Assembly (NCBI RefSeq): GCF_009914755.1
Contig: NC_060942.1
DNA: 64,000 nt
Reading direction: 5' to 3' (one strand)
From: the human T2T-CHM13v2.0 reference genome, Homo sapiens
This document shows positions 31,303 to 44,279 of this stretch, piece after piece; the stretch's first letter is position 1; each line of letters opens with the position of its first letter. Under the pieces are notes generated by a model. That model was not told the DNA's origin, searched no databases, and worked only from the letters and a program-made list of their open reading frames with translations. The position numbers were made by a program, and so were the translations under genes.

Positions 31303-31493
31303 TCACACTTTCCAATAAAAAGTTTGATAGCTAAATAATTGTTTTATTTCAAAATGAGGTTTCTCAAAAGATCTCTTTAGATTTCATTTCTTATACGCTC
31401 ACACTTTCCAATAAAAAGTTTGATAGCTAAGTAATTGTTTTATTTCAGAATGAGATTTCTCAAAAGATCTCTTTAGATTTCATTTTATACGCT
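31303..31493. repeat. Tandem duplication, 96-bp period, two copies
   Basis: tcacactttccaataaaaagtttgatagc...tatacgc starting at 31303 and 31399; 3 substitutions and a 2-bp indel. Confidence 0.95.
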
Positions 31494-32185
31494 GTTCTCT
31501 TAACTTGAAAAAAGTCAATCTTTCTACTTCAAGAAATTTACCACCACTAATTTGCTATTAATTTCTAAACTTGAAAGCACCTAAATGTACTATTCAGCCA
31601 TAGTTTGTGATATGTCCATACATAATGATCATTTGGAGCCAATTTAGAAAAAAATTTAACTGTGAACCATGCCTAATCTTTATCCACTTCGTATTTTGAA
31701 AGACTAAATGTAGAAAGGGTAATTTTTTCACATAGCAAGCATTCATTGGTACCTCGGGCATGCTGACATGCTACTTGATACTGAGAGACACAAAGGTCAA
31801 TGAGATACAGTTTCCGACCTCGAGTTGCCAGGTGAATTCTCCAGCAGTGCTCCCTGCCAGGGTTCAAATGCTATGCATCCAACAAGAGTAGCTCACTCCA
31901 CACCCATTAGGTCCAGACCAATGGGCTACCTCATGGTGTTATGGCTACAGATGTCCCTCATGCAGGCTCAAATTGCTGAGCTTCCAAACCTCTATGTGAC
32001 AAAGTGCAAAGGCTGGTTTACCACGAAGTTGTTCTGGAACAGGATGGTAGGAAGGGAGTCTTCATAAACATTCCAGGAAGGCTGTAGAAACATATTACTA
32101 TGTCGGCTTACTATGTTATGAAGGTGATTATGCCCAGTGTAGGTCATAAGGGCACAGCCTTAGAAGTCAGAGAGAATTGGGCTCA

Positions 32186-32530
<345 letters not shown>

Positions 32531-32586
32531 AAAGGTGGCTTTTCTGCATTGTTTAAAATATGAACATAAAAATAACAGTACCTACT

Positions 32587-32894
<308 letters not shown>

Positions 32895-33265
32895 TCATAG
32901 GGTTATTATGAGAATTAAATGAGAGATGCAAGACACTCAGCAAGTGCTTCATACAAAGTAACTGACCAAATAATGACGGCACTTTCTAGTCAGGTCACAA
33001 GCACCTAAAAGTAGATTGCTTAAAACCAAAATTTGTTTGAAATCACAGTTTAAAGACGAGATATGGGACAAACTATATTTACATGTTATTATAGTTTTAA
33101 TTAAATGATGAATGTCTAGTTAACTATGAGGACAATGTATTTAACTAATGTATTTAACAAATACCTCTTTATAGTTCTTAATACATACCAGACACCATTT
33201 TACAAATATTAATCCATTTAATATTCATAACCTATGGGGAATAATTATTATTATAATTTTTCCCA

Positions 33266-33266
33266 T

Positions 33267-33297
<31 letters not shown>

Positions 33298-33313
33298 ACA
33301 CACACACACACAA
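33266..33313. repeat. Compound (GT)7(AT)n(AC)7 palindromic microsatellite
   Basis: tt(gt)7 and (ac)7aa are exact reverse complements around an AT-alternating centre. Confidence 0.93.
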
Positions 33314-34174
33314 CTTCAACTATGTTTAAGGAACATGTTTTGTTTCACTGGGAGAATACCAAGAAACACAATTAAATAATACTAATTTTTTCCAGAGACA
33401 GGATTTATTTTTTTGTTTCAGTAATACAAGGATGGTGGTTAGGCTTTTAAGAGACTATGAAAGAGGAGTTATTTGGTTGGATTAGATTTTACTAAATTAC
33501 TAGATTCCACACAAACTGGAAATCAGTAAAGACATCCTGACTTAACCCTCACATGTAGCAGTTTAATAATAATAATAAAAAAATCACATACATGTGTTTC
33601 TACAGAAAATTCCAGGGGGAACATGGAACTGACATTCTTTGGTTGATTGCTAGTTACCAGGATGGGTAGCCCTCGGGCACACTGTCTTACTAATTTCTAC
33701 CACACTGCTCTGCAGCAGGTAAAGGAGCCCCATTTTCAAGACCAGGACCCCCACATTAATTAAGAAACATTACCCAGTGTCTCTCAACAATGAAAAGCAA
33801 ACTGGGTCTCTGAAGGACATACTGAATAGAAACTGAAGTCTCTCATGTCTTCAAAAGTTAAAGCTACTGACTACTTTAGGCATGTTTATTTTAAGCATCA
33901 AGGATAAAGTTCTTTTGGAGTTTCTCAAATAAATACATTTAAAGCCCATCATTTTTCTAAAGCAAAAACTAAATATTTGCAAACACCACGTTAAGAACCA
34001 TGGCTACTTATACCATTAAGCCTCACTTAGTTCCTAAGCAGAGCTTCATATTCAATAATCTGTGGATGGATTGAGGCAGTGGGAGTGCCGTGGGTGTATG
34101 AAGATTGATGATGACCTTTCTGGAAAATAATTTCCCCACACATCTTATAGCCAGTGGCCACATCTGAAGCTTAG

Positions 34175-34500
34175 TATATTAGTCCATTCTCACACTGCTG
34201 AAAGTGACATACCCAAGACTTGGCAATTTACAAAAGAATGAGGTTTATTGGACTTACAGTTCCACATGGCTAGGGAGGCCTCACAATCATGGCAGAAGGC
34301 AAGGAGGAGCAAGTCACATCTTACACAGATGGCAGCAGGCAAAGAGAGAGCTCATGCAGGGAAACTCCCGTTTTTTAAAACCATCAGATTTGTGAGACTC
34401 ATTCACTATCACCAGAACAACACAGGAAAGACCTGCCCCCATAATTCAATCACCTCCCACCGGGGATGAGATTTGGGTGGGGTCATAGCAAAACCTATCA
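34175..34500 (-). mobile_element. THE1-type MaLR solo LTR
   Basis: tattagtccattctcacactgctg...ggcagaaggcaaggaggagcaagtcacatc...aaacctatca; perfect 5-bp TSD cttag. Confidence 0.92.
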
Positions 34501-35029
34501 CTTAGAGTTCAAGAAAATCAAGTTTTACATTATTCTGATATATAAGGAGATAAAATACAAGGGTTTTAGGAAACAGAGAGAGAAAAGAAGCTTGAACTAA
34601 GAGTTCCTGAGAGGCCAATGTATGTCAGCAGTGTTAAATCCTGAGAGTACCAAAGCCAAAAAAGCCCATCATGGCTCTGAAGAACTGGGTCCTAGTGAGT
34701 CAGACATATGCATGAAGGGATTATTATGGCCCAATGCAGCTGGTGTTATAAAGCAAGTTTGCACAGAATAATTGCCTACAAGATAATTCTCCTTCCTTAT
34801 AAAGGAAGATGGAAGGTTCTGGAAGGAGGTGCATGGGTAGGTTTAAGGGACAAACAGGAGCCAGTGAGAGCAGTGAGCAGGAGATTTCCAGCAAAGGAAA
34901 CAGTATAAGGGATGGAATTGCTTTATGTGCACAGGGGAACTGCAGGCATGATGGGAGATAAGGCTAGAACTGTTGGAAATGGGGAAGTGAGTTTGAATAA
35001 TAAAAATATTTGATGACTACAACAATAAA

Positions 35030-35240
35030 AATCAGTAGCACTTGATATGCTCTCTCCTGCTTACTACACCCACCCACTCTGGGCTGGGCACTATCTTCAC
35101 CCCTATTTTATAAATAAGGAAACAGAGGTACAGAGAGTTTTAGTAAAGTTCTGCTAGGTGCTCTGCCTAGAAAATAGCAGGGCCAAGGTTCAATCTCGAG
35201 CCCGTGGACTCCAGGGAATGAGCTGTTGAGCATTAGCAGA
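35030..35240 (-). mobile_element. MIR
   Basis: ccctattttataaataaggaaacagaggtacagagagt. Confidence 0.68.
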
Positions 35241-37098
35241 ATCCTCTTAGTGTGGTATTATTAAATCAGTGGAACCCATGTGATGCTCGCTGGCCAGATG
35301 ACATGACGGCAGCCGGGGCAGGTGACTGCAGGTGAGCTGCAATCCTAGCTATGGACCCTTTAGAATGAGTCACTGAGTCTGGCTAACTTTGGGGAATTCT
35401 AGGTGCCCACAGAGGCATCTTCTCCATAAAAACTGAAAGGAAGACCGTGGAGATGCCCTTGGTGGGCAAAAGGAGAGAAATCTGGCCCAGAACACTTAAT
35501 CCAGGCTGAGAGTCTGGAAGGTGCAGTGGGGAAGTCTTAGGTCACTGGGCTGGATAAACACGCAGTGCAAAGGCCCGTGGGCTCGGCGAGAAGCCACAGT
35601 TGCTTTTGTACCCAGTACAGGTGTCGTGGCTGAGTAGGACACCTCATTGCCCTGGGATCCCGGTCCCCACTACACCCACGTAGGCCCCCAAACGATACCA
35701 AGGTCCAGATGAACTCAGAGTTCAAGTATTTAAGTTCTGTTGATTTTCCACTTATCTGTGTAAAGTCAATTTCTCTTGGGGCACCTAACTCTACCTTTCA
35801 GATAAGCATAAATGAACTCTGAATGAGACCTGTAGAATAAGTCACTTCATCATTAAGCATCTTTTCAAAATGAAACCTACACTTGTTTATCATGTATCAT
35901 CTGCCAACTTCACAAATTAAACACTAGAGATTAACTGCTGCCAATGCCATCTTCTAACAAAAAGGTGAAGGGAAAGTGGTAGCTTGGTTGGGTTCATTTG
36001 CATTCCTTAGCATTATAATAACGTGCTTTACATTTGTTTTTCTCCACACACTGGACCGATTTCAGATGAAGGTTTTGCCAACTGGTCTCCATTAAACACA
36101 ATTTAGTCTTTCTGTGCTGTTTCTGTTTATGAAACTTCAGATCACCCCAATGCAAGACAGGCACACTCTAGCAATCTTGATGGGGTGCAAAAGTACATTC
36201 ATTTCAATAACCGGATTACGTAGCCGCTTGCAAAGCAAGACCGCGGCAGACCTAACAGAAGAGCTGACTGCATTCTTTCATTTTCTAGATGACCCCACTG
36301 GCTTCTCCAAACTAGAAGAAAGATATACAGCATTGAGGCATTTATTTCTCCTTGCATATAATTGATATTTTACAACTATTATAAAAAAGTATAAACATAA
36401 ATGGTATTGCACTTGGAATGCTTGTTTTTTAACTTTAGAAGAAACTCATCATGCTAGAGTTTGAGGTTTTGCTGTTTCTTATTTTACATTGTTTTAACAT
36501 TGACAGAAACGTGAGCTTTTCCTTCACTAAACAATTCATTTTCTAATTATCATGATTTATTGAAGTAGATGATAAAAAAGGGTAACAGGACAAATCATTG
36601 TACATTTATTTAAGAGAGAATGCTATTTTCATAGAGAATGGGCAGAGAATCTTTCCCATTCCTTCCCACCCTTCATTTTGAAACCTCACAATGTAAGGTG
36701 AAAAGCAGCAAAACAACAAACTGAACTTGAGCAAACAAGTCCGACCCCTGCAGTGACTCTTGGGAATGATCTAGAGAAAGTTCATGAGTTGGAATGAAAG
36801 CCAGTCAAGGATTAAAAGAGACAACTTAACGAATTGTTCAAAGTTGCATGCTCATTTCAGTGCTGAACATATGCTAAATGCTCATTAGTAGGATCTAGAA
36901 ATAAATCTATAGGTTCCAAGTGTTTACATTATGATGAAGGAAATCATAGGCATCCATTTCAGCCTCCTGCCATCCCCTCCACTCTAAGTACTTCAGAACT
37001 TTAAACTGAATTATCCAGATCACCACAAGATAAGCAAACCAACAAAAAGCCCTCTTTTTGTCAAGAAGTGTCTTTAGAAGAATTCACCCAAGGATTCC

Positions 37099-37394
37099 TT
37101 TTTTTTGAGACAGAATCTCGCTCTGTCACCTAAGCTGGAGTGCAGTGACACGATCTCAGCTCACTGCAACCTCTGCAATCTCTGCCTCCTGGATTCAAGC
37201 AAATCTGCCTCAGCATCCCGAGTAGCTGGGTCTACAGGTGTGTGGCACCACGCCCAGCTCATTTTGTATTTTCAGTGGAGACGGGGTTTTGCCATGTTGG
37301 CCATGCTGGTCTCAAACTCCTGCCCTCAGGTGATCCACCTGCCTTGGCCTCCCAAAGTGTTGAGATTACAGGCTTGGGCCACTGCGCTTGGCCC
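37099..37394 (-). mobile_element. Older Alu (J/S) SINE
   Basis: Reverse Alu with a short internal duplication ctgcaacctctgcaatctctg. Confidence 0.92.
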
Positions 37395-39664
37395 CTCTCC
37401 CAATCCAGAATTTCTTTAGGTATCTTCTTCACAAGGACGCAGGCTGTGATGTGCGGCCAAACTATTAAAATTGGCTTTTAACTGAAAGCACCACCAAGTA
37501 GAAAAAACTCAAGTTTATCACGTACAGGTGTGTTTTAAAGCCTCTCAGAGGCCACACATTCCCAGTAGTGAAACAGGAATTGAGTCCTCCCGCCCCCGGC
37601 TCCTTTGCTTTGCTCAGGGCACCATCTGCATCGTTAACGCAGGATGCCTATAGGACAGAAGCCGCCCAAGGATCCCTGAACAGTAAACGGGGCCAGCCCT
37701 ACAAGTAGGAAACGCATGAGGATATGCACACCTCGAGCTGGGGGAAACCGAACATCAGCCTCATAACATTAATTCTTCCATTCTTGCTTCCTGTCTTGCA
37801 AACTGTAGTGTTTGCTGTCTACTGAAATTCCCTATGAAAATACAAAACCTTTGGAAGAAATTACTTTGCATTAGCTGAGGCAAATTTTGTTTAGTTCACC
37901 ATTTTTCTTCGGGAGACCTGCCAGACTAACAGCTGCCATAGGGCTCTATTCTTTTAAACAGACTGTTTTGAATGGTATATTACTGGTCTTAGATTTAGTT
38001 ATGTGGATTCACTTGAAGCTTTCTTCTGCTGGATCAACTTCTGAGTGTGGTCACTGAGTTTTGCAGTTATTGTTATAATAGACTACAGCACTTCAGATTT
38101 GGGAAGAATAATCTCAATTTCAGACCCAGTATCTTAACCTCCCCTAAGTACACCTATCTCTGTCACATAATAAGTCCTACATTTTGTTTTGGAAAATATG
38201 CTCGTGCCACACCTGTGTGCATAAACGGAAGGGAATCACTAATTCTCACCCTCTCCTGGATAAAAGTAATGCAAAAACTCAACCACATGTGCAGATGAAA
38301 CTGGAAGGAAGCACGTGATTTTTTGGGACCATGGGGTGAAAAGAAGGGATTACTCTAGAGAAAAATGAAACTCCAGCCCTGTGCCACACATCGGCGTGGA
38401 ATTTCAGTTTATACCATATGCATGGGGAGGGCATCGCAAACCGGTAAGCTAGTTAACATTATGTTGGCCTAGGACCTGGACACCTGTGCATCCTCCAGCA
38501 GAAGCAAGCACCCCCACAGCCCTGCAAAGGCTCTTTCACAGCTGCGAGAATGTGGGGTTGCAACTTGCTCATCATTAAGTTTTGTTTAGATTTAGAAGTA
38601 ATGTGGGCACTTGTTGCAGCCTTATTCATGAGAACAAAAATGAGAAATCATCTACGTGGTTAAAACTCAGGGGTTGACTAAATTCTAATATAGCTACACA
38701 ATCACTTTGCACTCTATGAAAATTACATTTTAGAACATTTTATAACATAGGAAAATACACAGTTTGCATAAATACAGCAAATTATAAAATAGTATGTGCA
38801 ATATGATTCAAAATTTGTTTGTAAAAAGTACCTATAGACATAAGAAAGATTCTGAAAAAAATTTGGCTAAAAAGCAATAGTATTTATTTCTGGGAATAAG
38901 GATTACATTTTAAAGTGTTTTTTCTTATTATTTTATTTTTCCAAATGACCAAAAAACATGTGTTTAGTATAACAGTGTGACAAAAAATATCAATTCAATA
39001 TTTCTAAAAATAAGGTTAATTCTCACCAGAGAGCACATTTGAAAGCTTTTTTACCAGAAGATAAAAATTGCTTGGACTGTTTTAAGGGCAGCTTTATCTA
39101 TCCAGGAAGTGAGACAGAAGGGCTGGAGTCTCCGTGGTTATGAAATTTGTGATAAACACCCACCCATGGTGATTTTCTTTATTTCTATGTTTGTTTCCTT
39201 CTTTCTCTTTTTCTTTTCTTTTCTTTTTTTCTTTTATCTTTTTTTTTTTTTTTGCCAGTCTGCAGTTTGTTTTCTTCCAACTCAGAGTTTGGGGTTAATA
39301 ACAATACACTGAAATTATGCCCTAGGATAAAGCTATGGTTTAAATATGCTAATTTCCATGTTTTAAAGGAATAAAATGTAATGTCCTGTTATCGGCAAGT
39401 TAATGGGGAGGAAATCTACAACAAGGAACTTTACATACTGCATTGTTTAGCTCACATTTTCTATTCCCTGATAAGCAACTTAACTTCCAATGTCTTACTC
39501 TATGAGATTATAATAACAGACCTTTTAAACTGTTAAGGGGATGATGTACCGAAATGTCTGTAATAAATTATAATTTTACTTTTATGACAATTCAAATGAA
39601 GAGCAAATATGATGTTATTACACTATTAGAACTGTTAATATCTTTACCATAAGATGATAAATTA

Positions 39665-39960
39665 TAGCCCCTGCGCCAAGTGTAGTTCAGTGCTTGTTTT
39701 GGTGCCATGTATGAGCTAATAATGATTTTTACATTTTTAAATGGTTGGGGAAAAATTTAAAAAAATTTTCATTAAATGTAAAAGGAATATGAAATGCAAA
39801 TTTGTATTTGTAGTTTTACTGAAACACAGCCATGATCATTTTACATGGTGCCCAGCTGATTTCACATTATAATGACTTCTTGAAAGAACTGTGACAAAGA
39901 GCATATGGTTCTCAAAGCCTTAACTATTTACTAAGCTTTACAGAGAAAGTTTGCCTGATC
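39665..39960. mobile_element. MER58-like hAT-Charlie element
   Basis: gagctaataatgatttttacatttttaaatggttgggg...ttttactgaaacacagccatg...tttacagagaaagtttgc. Confidence 0.7.
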
Positions 39961-40006
39961 TAGTATTTTCGAGGTGGTTCTGAATATTCTTTGTATTTTC
40001 TACCCT

Positions 40007-40025
40007 CAGCCGCTAGATGGCATAA
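40007..40025 (+). promoter_or_regulatory. Candidate CTCF binding site
   Basis: cagCCGCTAGATGGCAtaa matches the core CCRCYAGRKGGCR; motif match only. Confidence 0.5.
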
Positions 40026-40879
40026 AAGATCCTTAAGCCAGTAGAAAGAATAAACCAAAAACCAAAAAACTTCTGCCCTACAGAGGATATTTACATTTTC
40101 AATTAAGTCATCCTCTAAAAGGCAGTTCTTTCAGCAGTACAAAACTTTTTGCTATATGTGTTCAACAAACTAAAAATTAAACGTTTAAAGGAAACTAAAA
40201 GCATTAATTTAGTCTAGAAATAATGTCTGCACTGAAATTTAGCTTTTATTCACTTCTGCCTGGAGTAAATATTATGTGAATATGCACTATTAAAGAGGCT
40301 CCCCAGTTTTACTGTGTCTATACAAAATTCTTTTCTTATTAGACTGAATTTCACTTCTCCAGTTGCCAGGCTAATACAATCAACTGAGCCAACTGGATTT
40401 AGAATAAGGTGGGAATGTGTGTGTGTGGATGGGTGTGTGTGTGTGTGGGTGTGGATGCTTGTGTCCAGCACCAACTTTTACTTATTTTAACTGAATTTAA
40501 GTGGTCTTAAAGGATTTGACTGAATAGCTCTCTATAGCATGTGCCCTCTCTCTCTCTCTTTTTGTTAGCACTGTATAGACACAGTCAGCCACAACTAGTT
40601 TTACCACGGCCAAATTTTACACATAAATCAATCAAAGCAAGGCCACTGGGCCCTCTCACACATTCTGTCTTTATAATTTACGATCACATTAAAACCACAT
40701 TATGATGTCTTGAAAGGATGCAAACCTGTATTGCTGGTATGGTAATAATATTCATGTTCTTTTAAATTGCAGGTTCCTCATTTCTCAACAAGAAGACAAA
40801 AAGCACTACATTACCATCCAGAGGCACAGCAGAGAGAATTCTGGCACCGTCTTCACCTAACACTCACACCCTCTTCTAC

Positions 40880-41645
40880 TGTTACAGAGGTAAGTGGTCA
40901 GGCATGAGTGGGGCAGGAGAGGGCACCCCCCACCCACCAACCGGGAACGTCAGGAGACCATAAGGTGATAGTCAGGAGGTTTTTACACTGTTTCTCTAAA
41001 ATAGTAATTGGTTGCAGCTGGGGGCTTGGGAAGGCAGTCTCCCAATATACAGAAAAAAAACAAAACTGGTGATCAACAGTTTCCCGATAAGACTTCAGGA
41101 GTTGGGTGAGTGGGCTCAAGCATGTGCAGTAAGAGGTAAAATGGCGGAGTTTAACTGGTACATGACCTTGTAGGAGCATTCGGTGAGGGAAGAGCACTTC
41201 AAGTGAGCGAAGAGCACTTCAAGTGAGCATGCGCACAACTCCAGTAAACAGACTACATGCAGCCCCTCCCAAGGGCTGGCAGGCCACTGTGCATGCAGAC
41301 AGCCCACCCCCAGGGAAGAATCAGGGGAAAAGGGGCCCAAGACCCCGGAATCAAGCCAATGTATAAAACCCCAGTCAAAGGTCAAACCGTGCACTTGATC
41401 TCAAGTCGCCTGCTTAGCCCACTTCCAAGTGTACTTCACTTCCTTTCATTCCTGCTCTAAAGCTTTTTAATACATTGTCACTCATTCCTGCTCCAAAACT
41501 TGCCTCAGTCTCTCCTGCCTTATGCACCTCAGTAGAATTCATTTTTCTAAGGAAGCAAAAATTGAAATTGCAGCAGATCCATGGGAATTCGCTGTCAGTA
41601 ACATACTTTGGTGCTGCGAGACTCAGATGTGTTTCACTGCTAACA
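40880..41645 (+). mobile_element. ERV1 LTR (MER50-like) with PBS-like 3' extension
   Basis: TG...CA ends; ggcatgagtggggcaggagagggc...caggagaccataaggtgatagtcagg 5' motif; CCAAT at 41356 and TATAAAA at 41362. Confidence 0.8.
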
Positions 41646-41659
41646 TTACCATTTCTGTC

Positions 41660-42780
41660 CCCTTTCTTTTTTCTGGAACTGTCAATTATGAACCTTTCCT
41701 CATGCAAAGAAAAGTTCAAATAGGACAGTGGATAACCCTATACTGATCACCTAGTTTAAATAATTTGATTTGTCTTCTCTCTGTTAACTATTCCTATGTA
41801 TGTATGTATCTATCAATCTATTATGTTGGTTGTTAAGCCATTTTTAAGTTGCAGACATCAAGGCACAGCTTATCTAAATAACTCACCATGTATCTCCTAA
41901 AATAATGGCATTTTTCTGTCTACCCACAAAACCATCATACACCTAAGAAATCAGCAATAATTCTATAGTCCAATATCCAGTGAACATTGAAATTTCTCCA
42001 ATTTAACCCCAAAAAAGTTTTAAGAATTTGTTGTTGAACCAGGATCTGATCTACAGCTGTGCCTCACACAGGTTTAAGTATCTACTGTGCTCCTCTGAAC
42101 TAGACAGTTGCTGCCTCCACTCTCTATGCAGGCCTCTTTTCCATGCTGATTTTTTTTTTAAAGACCCATTCATTTGCCTTGCAGAATCCACATTTTGAAT
42201 TCTTTTGATTGTTTTTCTTGTGGAGCTATTTAAACTGTTTCCTAGCCTTTATATTTTCTGTAAATGGGAGGTTAGGTCAAAAGTCTTAACCATATGATGC
42301 TGTATAGCTCATCTGTTGCATCACACTGAGAGGTGTGAAATGTTAAGCTATCTCAGTTTTGATCATGTTGACTTCAATCAATTCCTCAAGATATTGATCA
42401 CACCTTTGGAAAGATGTTATTTTTTTTCTTTGCAATTAGCAAGCACCAACAAGGTTCTACTTTGTCATTGTGCAACCACCACGACCTTTATAGTAATTAT
42501 TTCAGGTGTGGACATAATAGAACATATCATTAAGGATTGATGAATAGTAATTCTCTAATTCTATTATTCCTTTGCCCTGTCATTATCTAACATCATCCTG
42601 CATGGAGGAATTTTCTCTCATTCACTGAGAATGACTTATTAAAAGTCAAAGTAAATGCTAGATTCTTTACCTTTAATTCTCATTTTCATAGTAAGGATTT
42701 GGTGTAATAGTCATCTCCAATCGAAGCAAAGTATTTGATGTTTCTCCCTTTCTCTCTCACACCAGAGACTTATGTATTTT
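41660..42780 (-). mobile_element. Ancient L1M 3' fragment
   Basis: ttttaagttgcagacatca...tgtatctcctaaaataatggcatttt...catacacctaagaaatcagcaataattc. Confidence 0.6.
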
Positions 42781-42781
42781 C

Positions 42782-43004
42782 TTATTTATTTGTTTGTTGG
42801 TTTGTTTGCTTTGAGACAGGGTCTCACTCTGTCACCCAGGTGGGAGTGCAGCGGTGTGATCATGGCTCACCGCAGTCTTGACCTCCCAGGCTCAGGTGAC
42901 GCTCCCACTTCAGCCTCCTGAGTAGCTGGGACCACAGGTGTGCGCCCTCATGCCCAGCTAATTTTTTTTGTAGAATGGGGTTTCACCATGTTGCCCAGGC
43001 TGGG
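42782..43004 (-). mobile_element. AluJ (partial)
   Basis: gagacagggtctcactctgtcacccagg...gatcatggctcaccgcagtcttgacctcccaggctcag. Confidence 0.9.
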
Positions 43005-43433
43005 ACTTTTATTTTTAAGCTTTTACAATTAGTTAATGTTTCTGACGCTTAATTTGTTCTCGTATATTAGGCCCATGAAACGCCTTTCTAGCTGGATGCT
43101 GTGGCACATCCTTATTGTTCTTCGGTGTAAAATGTTCTTCCTGATCTTCTTCCCCAGCTGAGACTCTGTGTCTTATTCCTACACATGACAGCTCCCTGTC
43201 CTCCTGCATCCCAGCGGCATCTCCATCTGAAGAGACCACTGTCTTCCTTCCAGACTGTGTCATCCAATACAATGAAAGTGCTAGACTGCTTCACCCACCC
43301 CCACAAAATCTTTGCTTAACACAGCAATTGCCTGCCATCAAGAATAACCCCTGTAAATTCACAATGCCAAACCAAGGTCCCAAAGGCGTGGGGGGACAAC
43401 CTCTCCTGGAAATGCCATAAGGATTTCTCTTAC

Positions 43434-43647
43434 CTTGCATAGTAGTCATTGGGTGGAACTGCCTCTTGAAAGAATTGGAACTGGTATAAATAAAGTCCAA
43501 TCAAATGTCCAGCAGTGAAAATAGCCAGCAGAACACAGAGACAGCTGAACAGCAATGGGTCGAACGTCCGGCACCAGGACCACCAGGTGCACAGACCCAA
43601 AAATACAAAAAAATACACAGATGATGTCAAAGACGGCAACATCATGC
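43434..43647 (-). CDS. PIEZO2: PIEZO2 coding exon (probably exon 7, 214 nt), transmembrane helices
   Basis: Translates (G)MMLPSLTSSVYFFVFLGLCTWWSWCRTFDPLLFSCLCVLLAIFTAGHLIGLYLYQFQFFQEAVPPNDYYA(R). Acceptor tttctcttccttag|GC, donor AAG|gtaaga; split Gly codon G|GC joins the previous exon. Confidence 0.96.
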
Positions 43648-44118
43648 CTAAGGAAGAGAAACGTAATCACAAAGTCAGGTAGAACTGGAAATTCACTTAT
43701 CATTCAGTGAATGTGACTATTTGAAATTATGTGAATTTCCTTCAAGTGTTTTTAGGTTTTTTAAAATAGTAATTTTTAAAAATCATGTTTGATTTATATA
43801 ATAAAAATTAATGCTAGATTTATTGTGAAAAAGTCACATATGAAATGATAACTATAAATACAAAGATATACCAGATGATTAAAAAAATTCCACCTGTGGC
43901 GTCTGAACTAAGTAAATGTCTACTTTTCATACCAGTAGCATCTGCATATTTACTTGCCTGTTTCCATCTTTCTACTTCTCCCAAATTTTCAAGAATTCAT
44001 GTATCTGTATGTCTGTTCCAACCTTTCCTGACACCATTTTCTTTATAATAATTTACTACTTTTTTTTTTTTAGTTAACTAGTACATCCTGGCCAATTAAA
44101 CTCTCACTGTGCCATGCT

Positions 44119-44279
44119 TATTTTATTTTATTTTGTTTTGTTTTATTTTATTTTATTTTTTGTAGGGATGGGGTTTTGCCAAGTAGCGCAGGTTGGTCTT
44201 GAACTCCTGGGCTAAGTGATCTTCCCTCCTTGGCCTTCCAAAGGGCTCGGATTACAGGCATGAGCCACTGCTCCTGGCC
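44119..44279 (-). mobile_element. FLAM/AluJ left monomer
   Basis: (tttta)n tail then ...ttgaactcctgggctaagtgat...ggattacaggcatgagccactgctcctggcc. Confidence 0.85.
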
